Positions 40,287 through 53,205 are shown, numbered from the stretch's first letter. The stretch: 64,000 bases of DNA from a virus (IMGVR_UViG_3300028833_000121:1-64000); one strand, 5' to 3'. The notes: generated from the letters alone by a model not told the origin. Translations and numbers: made by a program.

Positions 40287-43200
40287 ATGGAGTATACAGG
40301 TAGTATTCATACGCATACTGATTATAGCAACATTCGTCTTAGGGACTGTATCATCAAGCTAGAAGACGGAATTGCGTATGCAGAAAAGCTTGGGCATAAA
40401 GTAATCGGTATAACTGACCATGAGTTTACTGGTTCTTGGGTCAAAGCAAAAAGAATAGCAAAGAAACATCCAGATATTAAAGTTATACTTGGTAATGAAA
40501 TCTATCTTTGTCGAAACGGGCTTAACGTGCAGAATTATAATAGAGAATATGATAGATATTTTCACTTTATTCTTTTGGCAAAAGACCGAGAAGGCGCACG
40601 TCAGATAATGGAAATATCAACCCGTGCGTGGAAACGTTCTTACATGGCGCGCGGTATGCGTAGGGTTCCAACATATTATCAGGATTTGTTTGATATTATC
40701 GGTGCAAATCCTGGTCATGTAATAGGTTCAACTGCTTGTCTAGGCGGCGCGCTACCTACACAATTATTAAGATATAGAGATAGTAAAAATGAACAATTAA
40801 AAGAAAAGATTGCCATTTGGGTGCAACAGATGAGCAGTCTTTTTGGCGACGGTAATTTTTATTTAGAACTTCAGCCAAGTAAAAATAAAGATCAAATTTA
40901 TGTAAATCAAAGATTATTGGATATATCTAATGCGACGGGAATTCCATATATCATTACAACTGACTCTCATTATATTAAAAAAGAAGATAGAATTATTCAT
41001 AAATCTTATCTTAATGCGCAGAATGGCGATAGAGAAGTTGATGAGTTCTATGCGACAACTTATATGATGGGAACAGAAGAACTTGAAAGTTTTTTTAGCT
41101 ATTTATCACGTGAGCAGCTTGATAAAGCATATAGTAATATTGAAAATATTATGAATATGTGCGAAGAATATTCTCTTGAGAAACCGTTGCGTATTCCTAA
41201 TTTAAAATGGCATAGTTTTCTTTCGTATAAAGAAGAATATCCGAAATGGTTTGAACTTATTCCAGCATTGGAAAAATTTAATAAATCACAATATCCAGCA
41301 GATAGACAATTAGTCGCAGCAATTATTAGCGGTATTAAATCGCATCCAGATGTACAAAATGAAGAAGCATATAAAGAAATAAATCTTTGTCTTGAAGATA
41401 CATGGGTTTCATCTGAAGTTAATAAAACACAATGGAGTGCATATTATCTTAATCTTCAAAATATTATTGATGTATGTTGGGAAGCAGATAGTATTGTAGG
41501 CCCTGGGCGTGGTTCCGGTGTAGGATTTATATTATTATATGTATTGGATATAACGCAGATTAATCCTATGCGTGAAAAGACTAAAACATATAGATGGAGA
41601 TTTTTGAATCCCGCGCGAGTATCAGTGCTTGATGTCGATTTTGATATTGAGGGTTCAAAACGCGCGCAAGTATTATCTAAGTTTAGAGAAGTCTATGGTG
41701 AAGATTATGTAGCAAACGTAGCAACTTTTAGAACTGAGAAGTCTAAGTCTGCTATATTAACTGCGGCGCGTGGTTTAGGTATTGATGTAGACATCGCGCA
41801 ATATATCGCAAGTCTTATCCCCGCAGATAGAGGATTATTGCGAAGTCTTGACCAGTGTATGTATGGCGATGTAGAAAATAATTTTAGTCCAATTAAGCAA
41901 TTTGTTTATGAAATGACAGAGAACTATCCAGAACTTTGGCAAGTCGCGCATGGAATTGAAGGCTTGATTTGCGGCAGCGGCATTCACGCAGGTGGAATTA
42001 TTTTTGTGGATGAACCATTTACAGAATCTACTGCATTGATGCGCGCGCCCGATGGCACAATTTGTACGCAGTTTGAACTACATGATAGCGAAGCAGTTTC
42101 TTTGATTAAATATGACGCATTGTCTGTTGAAGCGATGGATAAAATCCATAATTGTATTAATCTTTTGTGTGATTATGGATATGCAGAACGTAAAAATAGT
42201 CTAAAAGAAACTTATGAAAATATAATTGGTGTATATAATATAGAGCGTGACGCGCCGGATATGTGGAAAATGGTTTGGAATCACGAGATTCAATCTCTAT
42301 TCCAAATGGAAAAACAATCTGGTATAGCAGGTATCGCGCTCTTGAAACCTACGTCAGTAGACGACTTAGCAACTTTAAATTCTGTTATTCGTTTGATGGC
42401 GCAAGAAAAGGGCGGTGAAATGCCGACTAATAAGCTCGCGCGATTCAAAGCGAACCCGGAATTATGGGATAAAGAGATGGAGAATTGGGGTTTAAGCGAA
42501 AATGAGCGCGCAATTCTCCATAAAGAACTTGATACATCTTACGGTATTTGTGAATCACAAGAAGGATTTATGCAGCTAGTACAAACTCCGGAATGTGGTG
42601 GGTTTGACCTAACATGGGCAGATAGGTTGCGTAAAAGTATTGCGAAAAAGAATCCAAAGGAATTTGACCAACTTACAGAAGAATATTATCAAAATATAAA
42701 AGATAAGAATTTAAGTCGTAATCTTTGTGACTATGTATGGAAGGTTTTGGTTGCGTATAGCCGCGGCTATGGTTTTAATAAATCTCATACTCTTGCATAT
42801 AGTCTTATCGCTCTTCAAGAAATGAATCTTGCGTATAAGTATCCTATTATCTTTTGGAATTGCGCTTGTTTGATTAATGATGCGGGCGGAGATGAAATGA
42901 CAGAAGATGAAGAAACTATTTTTGAAGAAACCGCAGAAGTTTCTTGGAATAATGAAATAGAAGATTTCACAGGATCAGAAGATGAAGATGATGACGACGA
43001 TGATGAAGAAGAAGTAAAAGATAAAAAGAAAAAGAAAGCTAAAAAAATTAATTACGGTAAGATAAGTAGTGCGATTGGTAAAATGAAAATGGAAGGAATT
43101 AATATTTCTCCACCAGATATAAATAAATCTATATTTACGTTCTCACCCGATCCTGAAAAGAATGTTATTCGTTACGGTTTTAGCGGAATAACTGGATTAG

Positions 43201-44248
43201 GTGATGACGCAATCAGAGAAATAATTAATAATCGTCCATATACATCAATAAGCGACTTAATCTCTAAAGTAAAACTCAAAAAGCCACAAGTAATAAATCT
43301 TATTAAAGCTGGCGCTTTTGATGAATTTGGAGACAGATATAGCTTAATGGAATCTTATATTGAAACTATTTGTGACGCAAAAAAGCGCATAACTTTGCAG
43401 AATATGCAAATGATGATTAATTTTAATATGATTCCGGAAGAATATAATTTCCAAGTTAGAGTTTTTAATTTTAATAAGTATTTAAAAAAGTGTAAATTTG
43501 ATAATAAATTTTACTTTTTAGATGAATATAGTTTTCCTTTCTATGAACAAAATTTTGATATGGATTTATTAGAAAATAGAGATAATATATTCTTCTTGTC
43601 GATATTAAAATGGGATAATATCTATCAAAAGCAAATGGATATTATTCGTCCATGGATAAAGAAAAATGCAGATGAATTATTAAAAACATTAAATGGATAT
43701 TTAATGGGTGAAACTTGGAATAAGTATTGTCTTGGCTCTATCTCTAAATGGGAAATGGATAGTACATCTTGTTACTTCCATGCGCATGAACTTAGTAAAG
43801 TAGATTATGATTGGTATGGCTTTGATGACTTCTTCGAATTGCCTTTAACTCCAGAAATAGAAAATCAAATAAGAATTAAAAATAAATTAATTCCTATTTT
43901 AGATTAAGTAGAATTTGCGGCACAGTTCTTGATAGAGATAAGAATAAAAAGAATGTAACATTATTAACTCCAAGTGGAGTAGTAACAGTTAAAATTTATG
44001 GCGATGCATTTTCTCATTATGATAAGCAAGTATCTGAACGAGGAGCCGATGGGAAAAAACATGTAGTTGAAAAGTCTTGGTTCCATCGTGGTAATAAGAT
44101 TATCGTAACTGGTATCCGTCAAGAAGATGGGTTTTTGGCTAAGAAATATAGTCGAACTCCATTCCATTTAGTAGAACTCATAACTAATATTAATGAAGAT
44201 GGAACTATTGATTCCCGTGGCGAACGCATGGAGGTTACAGAACATTGA
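40287..44248 (+). CDS. dnaE: DNA polymerase III alpha subunit; C-terminal OB domain lies in the -1 frame after 43900
   Basis: PHP HTHTDYS/TDH, GRGSG, DVDFD, HAGG, YGFNKSH; frame 0 stops at TAA 43905 but the -1 frame continues RLSRICGTVLDRDK...TGIRQED to 44248. Confidence 0.9.
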
Positions 44249-45324
44249 TAATTGGTTTATGGGATGCGGATTTTATGAAATATAAGTAGCCAGTTTTCAA
44301 TTTAGAGCTTATGAAGCTGGCTACTTATTATAAACAAAAAAAAGATATAGTTAAATTGGCTCCAATATTTGACCCTTATAAATATACAAAGTTTATTTAT
44401 CGGAAGGACTGGGATGATGGCGATTATCCTAAAGAAATTTTTTTAAATAATGTAGTGTATGGCGGGCGCGCCTTTGGGGGAAAATATAAACCTTTAAGCT
44501 TAGATATAGAGCGTGTCCAACCAGATACTTATCTATATCAAGCATTTAGTAAAGAATTTCATGGAATGTAGCTAAGTTATTTTAATATGATGTAGAACTC
44601 TGCACATATTAGACTTTCTTTAGATGGGAAGACAATTTGGCAAGATTATAAGAAAAGTTTTACTTTTAACAGTAAAACTCGAAGTTTCTTTTTCCATGAT
44701 TATGATTTGAATAAAATACAAAATAGCGCTGAAGAAATTAAATAGCTAATTGAAAGTGATGGTAGTAAGGTTGGACGTTTTGTAGGAATGAAATTCCCAG
44801 TTCAAGTCAATAATAAAGCTGACTTAGCGCAATGGTTGGCTCTACCTGGCGCGCAGGTATATTATTCAATTCAATATAATGGAATTATGGATGAAGAAGC
44901 TTTCAAAGTTTTTCTTTCTGGAAGCGAGCTATAGAGCCGTAACTTAGACTATATCGTAACTGCTTCACTATCTGGAGAGGATGATTTTATAAAAAATGGG
45001 TTACCAATAATTTATAAATAGCTCTTAATTTCATAGATGCATAAAAAAAGAATTCTACTTAAATACGAAGATGATTTTTTCTAGGATAAAAGATGGGAAG
45101 ACTTAATCGAGTATTTAAATGAATATAATAAAGCGGACGTCACACGCAGAAGCAAGGTATCAAAAACTCTTTTTTATTATACCAGTCATATATTAGATAA
45201 ATAGAGTATGTATAAACCTAGATTCTCACGTGACTATATAGCTGAACTTTTTGAAATGGTAAGAGAAAAAAATTATGATGTGTTTAAAATGTTTTATGAA
45301 AGTACGGGAGGAGATTTTGTATGA
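44245..45324 (+). CDS. hypothetical protein with a radical-SAM-family-like N-terminus (TAG-recoded)
   Basis: IGLWDAD...FNLELMKLATYYK start; 359 aa; no CxxxCxxC. Confidence 0.6.
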
Positions 45325-45524
45325 GTCCTTTAGAAATACATGAAAAAATAAAATTTAATAATAAATTAATTCAAGATATGTTTAATCCCAATCAGTTTGT
45401 CCTCAATAATACAGTAAGAGATTTATTGAAAGAAAATGAAAATCTTCAAAAACAATGCCCGCATCACTTTGTAAATGGGTATTGCGAATTTTGTTTTATG
45501 GAGGAACCAAATAGTAATGATTAA
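45321..45524 (+). CDS. hypothetical protein with C-terminal zinc motif
   Basis: CPH...YCEFC. Confidence 0.65.
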   Translation: MSPLEIHEKIKFNNKLIQDMFNPNQFVLNNTVRDLLKENENLQKQCPHHFVNGYCEFCFMEEPNSND

Positions 45525-45714
45525 ACTTTATAGTACACATTGTCCAAAATGCAAAGTTCTTACAATTAAGCTTACACAAAAAAATATTAATTTTGAAGTT
45601 ATAGACGATATTGATACTATGCAGAAGATGGGGTTCAGAAGCGCGCCGATGCTTGAAGTAGATGGAGAATTAATGGATTTTGCTAAAGCGCTTGCTTGGG
45701 TAAGGGAGCAGTAA
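45517..45714 (+). CDS. glutaredoxin-like (NrdH-type) protein
   Basis: LYSTHCPKC, APMLEVDG; upstream of nrdD. Confidence 0.85.
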   Translation: MIKLYSTHCPKCKVLTIKLTQKNINFEVIDDIDTMQKMGFRSAPMLEVDGELMDFAKALAWVREQ

Positions 45715-45717
45715 TAT

Positions 45718-47649
45718 ATGAATATTAATATTAGACTTGATAAAAATTTTACAACTTAGTTTAATAAGTTGCAAGAAAAATATGGTGAAGAGTTCGCGCG
45801 CCTTAATGGTTTAAGTGATGAGCAACTTTCTTATACGGATTTTATTTCTAATTTTATTGAATCAGAGACTGTCGCGGACGCTTCTGTAGATAGTAACGCT
45901 AATGTTGGTCATAAAGATATAGTAACGCTTCTTAATGAAATGCCTAAGCCGCATAGAAAACTTCTTGCGCTTCGTAAGATCTATTATGAAATGAATAAGA
46001 CTTATGGCTTTAAGATTGCTAACGATTGGCTTGAGAAAGAGTGGTCGCGCGCGCTTTATATGCACGATGCAGATACTTCTACTTTTAAGCCTTACTGCTA
46101 TGCTTATGACCTTAAAGACCTTGCCGAGCGCGGTCTGTTTTTCCTTGAAGGATTTAACGCTGAGCCGCCAAAGCACCTTGGAACCTTTATTGATTTTGTA
46201 AAAGAATTCATTAGCTATAATGCTAATCGTACTTCTGGCGCTTGCGGCTTACCTAATCTTATTCCTTATATGTATTATTTTTGGAGCCGTGATGTAAAGA
46301 ATAATTATTTTACTCGTGACCCCGAAAGCTATGCAAGACAGCATATTCAGCGCTTTATCTACGCAGTCAACCAGCCATGCGTGCGCGATGGTATGCAAAG
46401 TGCGTTTACTAATACTTCTATTTTTGACCACGAGTATCTTATGGCACTTTTTGGCGGTTCTATCTTCCCTGATGGCAAATTTATGGTAGATGAAATCGAA
46501 GGCATTATGGATTTCCAAAAGTTATTTATGGAAGTAATGAGCGAGATTCGTGAGCATAATATGTTTACTTTCCCAGTTAATACTATTTCTCTTTTGAAAG
46601 TGAACGGTGAGTTTAAAGATGAAGAGTTCGCGCGCTGGGCATGTCGGCATAATATGAAATGGAGCGATAGTAATATCTTTGCAGATAGTAGCGTTAATTC
46701 ACTTTCTAATTGCTGCCGCTTAAAAAGTAATATTGAAAATCTTGGCTATTTTAATTCCATTGGCTCTACTGCACTTCGTGTTGGTAGTGTAAAGGTATCT
46801 ACTATTAATCTCGCGCGCATCGCTTATGAAAACAAAACAGAGCGTGAGTATTTAAAGGCTCTTCAAGAGATTACTGAGTTAGACCTTAAGGCGCTTGATT
46901 GTGTACGTCATATTATTCAGCGCAATATTGAGAAGGGACTTCTTCCTAATTACTGCGACGGCTTAATTGATATTAATACATAGTATAATACGATTGGCGT
47001 GCTTGGTGTTTATGAAACTATGCGTGCGTTTGGTTATACAAAGCAAGATGAGCTTGGTAATACTTATTATACGGAAGAAGCATATAAATTTGGAGAAAAA
47101 ATCTTTAAAGTAATTCATAATACTAAAGACCTCTTTAATATTGATAAAGATTATAGAATTAATCTTGAAGCAGTTCCCGCAGAACAAGCTGCTGTTAAAA
47201 TGCAGAAAGCAGACGAAATGTTATATCCAGAAGTAGTAGTAAAAGATTTGCCGCTTTATGGTAATCAGTTCTTACCGCTCGGTATTAAGGCTACTCTTCA
47301 GGAACGTGTTCGTATTGCTAGCACTTTCGACAGTTATTGTAATGGCGGCTCCATCTTGCACGTAAATATCGAAGCGCCATTTACTAATTTCGATCAAGCC
47401 TGGAAGATGTTGAATTATATTACAGATGCGGGCGTTACTTATTTTGCTTTCACAACAAAAATACAAGCTTGTAAAAATAACCACGCTTTCTTTGGAAAGG
47501 TTTGCCCAGTATGCGGTGAACCAGTAGCTACAGAATATAGTCGTATCGTAGGATTCTATACTCCAGTTCGTACATATTCAAAAGAGCGCAAAGCTGAATG
47601 GTAGATGCGTGAGTGGGAGGATGTAAATGAAAATCAAATACTTAGTTGA
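45718..47649 (+). CDS. nrdD: anaerobic ribonucleoside-triphosphate reductase (3 TAG)
   Basis: YMHD, KPYCYAY, FTFPV, NCCRL, T*YNTIGVLG, NGGSI, CPVCG, YSRIVGFY glycyl-radical motif. Confidence 0.93.
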
Positions 47650-48133
47650 AGAAGATTTTGTTAATTACAAAAAACCTTCGCTATTTATCGGATTTCCTAC
47701 TTGTAGTTTTAAATGCGGAGAAATGAATTGCTAGAATAGTTCATTAGCTCGCACGGAAGATATTGAAATTTCTAAAGAAAGTATTTGTGAAAGATATAAA
47801 AGTAATGAAATAACTGAGGCTTTTGTCTTTGGTGGTTTAGAACCTTTTGATAGCTTTATGGATTTAATAAGTCTTATAGATTGTATTAGAAATAAATATA
47901 ATATTAAAGATGATATTGTAATCTATACTGGATATACAAAAGATGAATTAGAAAAAGGCCAATTTGGAAAAGATAGTGAAGTATCAAAAACAAATTATAA
48001 ATATTTAATAGATACATATAAAAATATTATAATTAAATTTGGTCGTTATTATCCTAACCAAACTGCACATTTTGACGAAATTCTCGGAGTAAATCTTATA
48101 AGTAATAATCAATATGCGGAGAAAGTTTCATAA
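47627..48133 (+). CDS. nrdG: anaerobic RNR activating enzyme (radical SAM; one TAG)
   Basis: CSFKC...C*N cluster motif, GGLEPF, IYTGY, NQY. Confidence 0.88.
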
Positions 48134-49356
48134 TGGAAAATACCAAAGGATTAGATAACTTTATTAATTCAACTCTTGGCCTCGGGCATGGCTATTTAGC
48201 TAAAATGCTCGAACTAGAAGAAGAGCGTCAAGAACGAAATATTGAATTAATTGCTAGTGAAAATTATGCTTCTGAAGCAGTTAGGTTAGCTATGGCTTCT
48301 TGTTTAACTAATAAATATGCTGAAGGCTACAGCGGAAATAGATTCTATGGTGGCTGTGAATATATAGATAAAATAGAAGATTGTTGTAAGTAGACCTGGC
48401 AAAGAGTATTTAATACTGACTATAGTGTAAATGTATAGCCGCACAGCGGTACACAAGCTAATCTTGCTGTTTATAACGCACTATTAAAACCAGGAGATAC
48501 AATATTTTCATTAGACCTAAACAGCGGAGGCCATTTGTCTCATGGCTCATCAGCCAATCTTAGCGGTAAAATATATAAAAGAATAGCTTATTCTGTTGAT
48601 GAAAATGGATATATAGATATGGACCATATTTTTAGTGTTATTTTACGCGAAATACCAAAACTAATTATAGTTGGCGCCTCTGCATATCCACGTCAAATTA
48701 ATTTTAAATGGATAAAAGATATAATTGACGCTTATAGACCCAAATTTAATATCTATCTTATGGCAGATATAGCGCATATTGCTGGATTGGTCGCGGCCGG
48801 TGTACACCCAAGTCCATTCGGATATGCCGATGTAGTTACAACTACTACACATAAGACTTTGCGCGGTCCACGCGGTGGTTTAATCTTCTGTAGACCAGAA
48901 TTGGAAAAGAAGATTAATAGTGGTGTATTTCCTGGTACACAAGGCGGCCCATTAGAGCATGTAATACTTGCTAAAGCAGTCTGCGCGGAAGAAGCATTAA
49001 GACCCAGTTTTAAAGAATACATTAAGTAGGTAGTTTCTAATGCCAAAGAAATGGCAGATACCTTTGTCGAATTGGGATATGATGTAGTGACTGGTGGAAC
49101 GGATACTCATTTATTCTTAATTGATTTTTCTAAAACACATCCAGATCTTACAGGGCGCGCCGTGTAGGAAGAATTAGACAAATATGGTATAACTCTTAAT
49201 AAGAATTGCGTTCCTAATGAAAAAAGAAGTCCTTATTTAACAAGTGGTATCAGAATTGGTACTCCCGCCATGACAACGCGCGGTTGGAAAGAAGCAGACT
49301 TTTAGAAATGCGCACTTAAAATAGATAGTATAATTAAAAATTTGACTAATAAATAA
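48133..49356 (+). CDS. glyA: serine hydroxymethyltransferase (5 TAG)
   Basis: [62 protein letters not shown]. Confidence 0.97.
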
Positions 49357-49370
49357 AAATATGATATAAT
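49342..49370 (+). promoter_or_regulatory. sigma-A/70-type promoter
   Basis: TTGACT-17 nt-TATAAT, preceded by TGA. Confidence 0.75.
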
Positions 49371-49396
49371 ATTAATAGTAGGAGGAAACTATAGCT

Positions 49397-50224
49397 ATGG
49401 AAAAATTTGGTTTTGGCGTAGCTCCTTCTAAAATAGATTTGCGCGATTATCGTGCTAAATTTAAAGGAGTTGCTACTGCTAAGTAGTTCCCCGCAGTATT
49501 TGAATTACCAATGCCTGCGGTTAAAAATCAGCATGATGTAGGTAGTTGCGTCGCGCATTCATTATCTACAGCAATCGAATATTTTAATACTGTTGAAACC
49601 GGAGAAAATAGGACTATGAGTACCGGATATATCTATGGCAACCGGCGCGGTAGTTCTTGGAAGGGAGAAGGTATGAGAGTAAGAGACGCACTTAAAAATG
49701 CGTGTAGTTATGGAGACGTTTAGAAATATCTTATGCCCGCGAATGTTGAAGTTCCGGAAGCTATTACTATATTCGAATCAAATATAAATTAGTTAAAGCC
49801 CTACGGGGTAAAAAACAAGATTGCTAAGTTTTTTAAACTAAATGGCGCGGCCGCGATGAAACAGTGCCTTATGGAACATGGGCCGTTACTTGTTATTGTA
49901 GAATGGCATAGCGACAATTAGCTTAGAAACGGTATCTTAACTATTAGTAATAATAAGGATACTCTTGAAGGACAGCACTGTATGGTTTGTTATGGTTGGA
50001 ATCAAAAAGGTTGGATGATACAAAATTCTTGGGGCAGTACCTGGGGAGATTTAGGCAGAACAATTATTCCATTTAATACTAAGTTTGTTGAAGTTTGGGG
50101 TATTTCAGATTCTAAGAATATAGAGAATGATGGATTAAAGATTAAAAAACCATATCAAAGCGAATTGGGCTAGAAGTTAGCTAAAGGACTTAGTGATTTA
50201 TTAAATAATATTTTAAAGCGTTAA
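49397..50224 (+). CDS. papain-like C1 cysteine peptidase (TAG-recoded)
   Basis: VKNQ..VGSCVAH, GQHCM..YGW, IQNSWG..WG; 275 aa. Confidence 0.88.
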
Positions 50225-50242
50225 AAGGAGTCATATTTCTTA

Positions 50243-50899
50243 ATGATTAAGGTAGAAAATATAGAGATTTTTAATTTCGATGGTGCTATGAGAGGATTGC
50301 GAAATCCAATGAATAGTTGGGATAAGAGCGATAGTTATACAGATGAAATTGGAATTTTTAATATTGGTTCTAATGATATGAAGCTCGCGCAACGTATGTT
50401 GAACGGCGGTCCTGAAGAATCTAAATTTATGCGGCAGATAATGATAAGTATGGATATAGATGCCCCTATTTTTTGGTGGAAAGAAATGGACACCTATAAA
50501 GTAGGAACTACTGCTAATTCATGCTCTACAATGCACAAACTCACAAGCGAAGAAATCAGCGCGCAAAACTTTTCATTCATTAAACCAGAAGAATTTGAAG
50601 ACCAATATAATCAATATTTTATTAAAACCGCACAAGAAGAAATTATTCAATATTGTGAAATTCTTCGTAAAGCATATAATAAAACAAAAGATAAACGCAT
50701 ATGGCGCGCACTCATAGAAATCTTACCTGAAGGATGGAATCAGCGTCGCACATGGACAGCAAACTACCAAGTTTTAAGAAATATTTATTTCCAGCGTAGA
50801 TTTCATAAATTAGACGAATGGAGAGAGTTCTGTAAGATAATTGAAGGATTACCTTATGGAAAAGAACTTATTTGTTACGAAAAAGCGAAAAAGGAGTAA
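50243..50899 (+). CDS. ThyX-like (flavin-dependent thymidylate synthase-like) protein
   Basis: KFMRQI...DIDAP..WWKEMDTY, R.LI..LP..., NY..LRNIY.QR; canonical RHR motif not evident. Confidence 0.5.
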   Translation: MIKVENIEIFNFDGAMRGLRNPMNSWDKSDSYTDEIGIFNIGSNDMKLAQRMLNGGPEESKFMRQIMISMDIDAPIFWWKEMDTYKVGTTANSCSTMHKLTSEEISAQNFSFIKPEEFEDQYNQYFIKTAQEEIIQYCEILRKAYNKTKDKRIWRALIEILPEGWNQRRTWTANYQVLRNIYFQRRFHKLDEWREFCKIIEGLPYGKELICYEKAKKE

Positions 50900-50905
50900 A
50901 TTATT

Positions 50906-51250
50906 ATGACAATTAATTACAAAAATAAATTTTATATTTATCACCCCGATGGGAAATTTACAGAAGAACAGCTTATGAAAATTCTTGATGCGGCGTACAA
51001 TATGGGAAAGAATGAAGGTTATAATAACGGATATGAAGCCGGCAGAAAAAGCAATATGACTATTACTTATCCATATTATAATACACCGACTTGGGATTGG
51101 ACCAAAGTAACCTGTAATTCTACAAGCGGAGATGCGGTTATTCCAACTGTAACAACAGCAGCTTCCAATAATCCGCCCAGTATAACTACTACTGCTACTA
51201 CTACTAATAATATATGCCGGGAGTTTAAGTATAATGGAACAGAAAGATAA
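50906..51250 (+). CDS. hypothetical protein
   Basis: 114 aa, Thr-rich C-terminus. Confidence 0.6.
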   Translation: MTINYKNKFYIYHPDGKFTEEQLMKILDAAYNMGKNEGYNNGYEAGRKSNMTITYPYYNTPTWDWTKVTCNSTSGDAVIPTVTTAASNNPPSITTTATTTNNICREFKYNGTER

Positions 51251-52157
51251 TATCGTTGAAGAAGTAAAAAAAGAGGTTAACCCTATTACTGATAGCTTTG
51301 AAGCAATCTCTAAAATTATGGTCGGAGACGAAGGAGTAGAAGACGCAACCGCTATGTTTGGCGCGCTGCTCTCTATGCCAGACGATGAATTTAAAGATGT
51401 TTCTACAATTCTTTTAGACGAAATTAATCGCTCTCTAAATACTCCCGCTGAAAGAATTGCACTTGTAGCAGCAATGACTGCATAGGGTTATACTGGTGAT
51501 GATTTAACTGATACATTTCAAGAACTTTGTAATGAAATAGATACACAACTTACAGATTTATCTCAAATTAAGCGCGATTGGCTTAAGCAGTTAATGGGAG
51601 CTGTTACTAATGCAATTAATGAAACAGAAGGAATTTCTAAGAGATATATTCGAATCCCATACGAAAAGTGCCACAAAGATGCAAAAACACCTGCTTACGC
51701 CCATGAGACAGATTCTGGTATGGATGTATTTGCCCTTGAAGATATTACTCTCGCGCCAGGCGAGCAGAAGATTATTCCTATCGGTATTAAGGTCGCGCTT
51801 CCCGCCGGCTATGAACTACAAGTTCGCCCGAAGAGCGGTGTAAGTGCAAAGACCAAACTCCGCGTTGCTAATGCCCCTGGTACTATTGATGCCGGTTACC
51901 GGGATGAGATAGGGGTTATTATTGAGAATGTAGAACCGCCTATCCGCTCTATCGCAACTGATTTTGCTGAATCTCCCAATGATTTCATTCCAGTAGGCGC
52001 AATTGAATTCGGTCGTTCTTATACAATCGGAAAGGGTCAAAAGTTTGCGCAGTTAGTTCTTTCTGAAGTACCAAAAGCAGTACTATATGAGGTAGAAAGC
52101 GTAGGTGAAATTGGCGAAGACCGCGGAGGCGGGTTCGGCAGTACTGGCTTAAAGTAA
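51234..52157 (+). CDS. dut: dUTPase with N-terminal helical extension (one TAG)
   Basis: SGMDV, RPKSG, GTIDAGYRDEIGV, KFAQL, RGGGFGSTG; in frame with upstream acidic domain via TAG 51483. Confidence 0.92.
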
Positions 52158-52159
52158 AT

Positions 52160-52885
52160 ATGGGTGTAATAAAAATAGAATCTATCTAGCAAGAGTTACC
52201 AGAAGGTTGGAAACTCATTTCAACCTCGTATAAAAACTTAGATAGTGGTCTAGAGTTTGAATGCCCAGCCGGTCATAAGGTTTATGCTAGTTGGAAAAAG
52301 ATGAGAACGCGCGCCGAATGCCCAATTTGCAAAGAAAAGGCGCCACTTATAGATAATACTGTGATTCCAAAAAAGAAGGGTGTTTACCGCACAATCGGTA
52401 TTGACCAAGCCACACATATAAGTGGCTATTCAGTATATGACGGGAAAGAACTTGTTAAATTTGGAACCTTTACAGTAAATGAAACAAATGAAATAGAACG
52501 TGACAACACAATAAAAATGTGGCTGTGTTCTATTATAAATAATTGGCAACCCGACGTAATAGGGCTTGAGGGTATTCAATTCCAACAAAATGCCGCGCGC
52601 AATATAGGAATTACAACATTTGAAACTCTCGCACGATTATAGGGTATACTTATGGAAGCTTGTTATGAACAAAAGGTAGCTTTTGTAATATGTCCTACAA
52701 ATACATGGCGCGCGCATTGTAAAGTTAAAGGTCAAACTCGTGAAGCTAAAAAGAATTCAATGAGACAGTTAGCGCGCGAGTGGCATGGAATTAACGCTAG
52801 TGAAGATGAGGCAGATGCTATTGGCATTGGAAAATACGTTGCCGAGACATACGGTCTTGTACACCAACTTCAAAGTTGGGAATAA
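52160..52885 (+). CDS. RuvC-like Holliday junction resolvase with N-terminal zinc-binding domain (2 TAG)
   Basis: ECPAGH...CPIC; IGIDQA, GLEG, EDEADAIGIG. Confidence 0.85.
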
Positions 52886-52918
52886 AAAAGAAGAGGTTAT
52901 TAAACCTCTTCTTTTTCT
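52886..52918. terminator. bidirectional intrinsic terminator
   Basis: AAAAGAAGAGGTT-ATT-AAACCTCTTCTTTT-type hairpin between convergent operons. Confidence 0.85.
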
Positions 52919-52927
52919 TTTAAAAGA

Positions 52928-53203
52928 TTAGAAATTCTTAATCTTTTCTTTCATTTCCATACTCCAACTATCTATATGATCTTTCATTAAATCCTTTATC
53001 ATACTCCTATCATCTTTTACTGCATCCATAAACATCTTCTTTGATTCGGCGTATGTTCTCTCTAATCTATCATTAGCAGAAGTAATTAAGAATTTTGCAG
53101 CTTCGGGTTCTGTCTCTTTTAATTCATAAGCCCATTCTATCCACATTCCTGCGTCTTTCAAATCGTCCATCATTTTCTTGTATAATGCTTTACACTTTAA
53201 CAT
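52928..53203 (-). CDS. hypothetical alpha-helical protein (five-gene module, gene 5)
   Basis: 91-aa ORF. Confidence 0.7.
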   Translation of the reverse strand: MLKCKALYKKMMDDLKDAGMWIEWAYELKETEPEAAKFLITSANDRLERTYAESKKMFMDAVKDDRSMIKDLMKDHIDSWSMEMKEKIKNF

Positions 53204-53205
53204 AA

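Noticed and set aside
44640-44720. Possible frameshift in the 44245-45324 gene
   Set aside because: On re-reading, the frame is continuous (CAA GAT TAT AAG AAA AGT)
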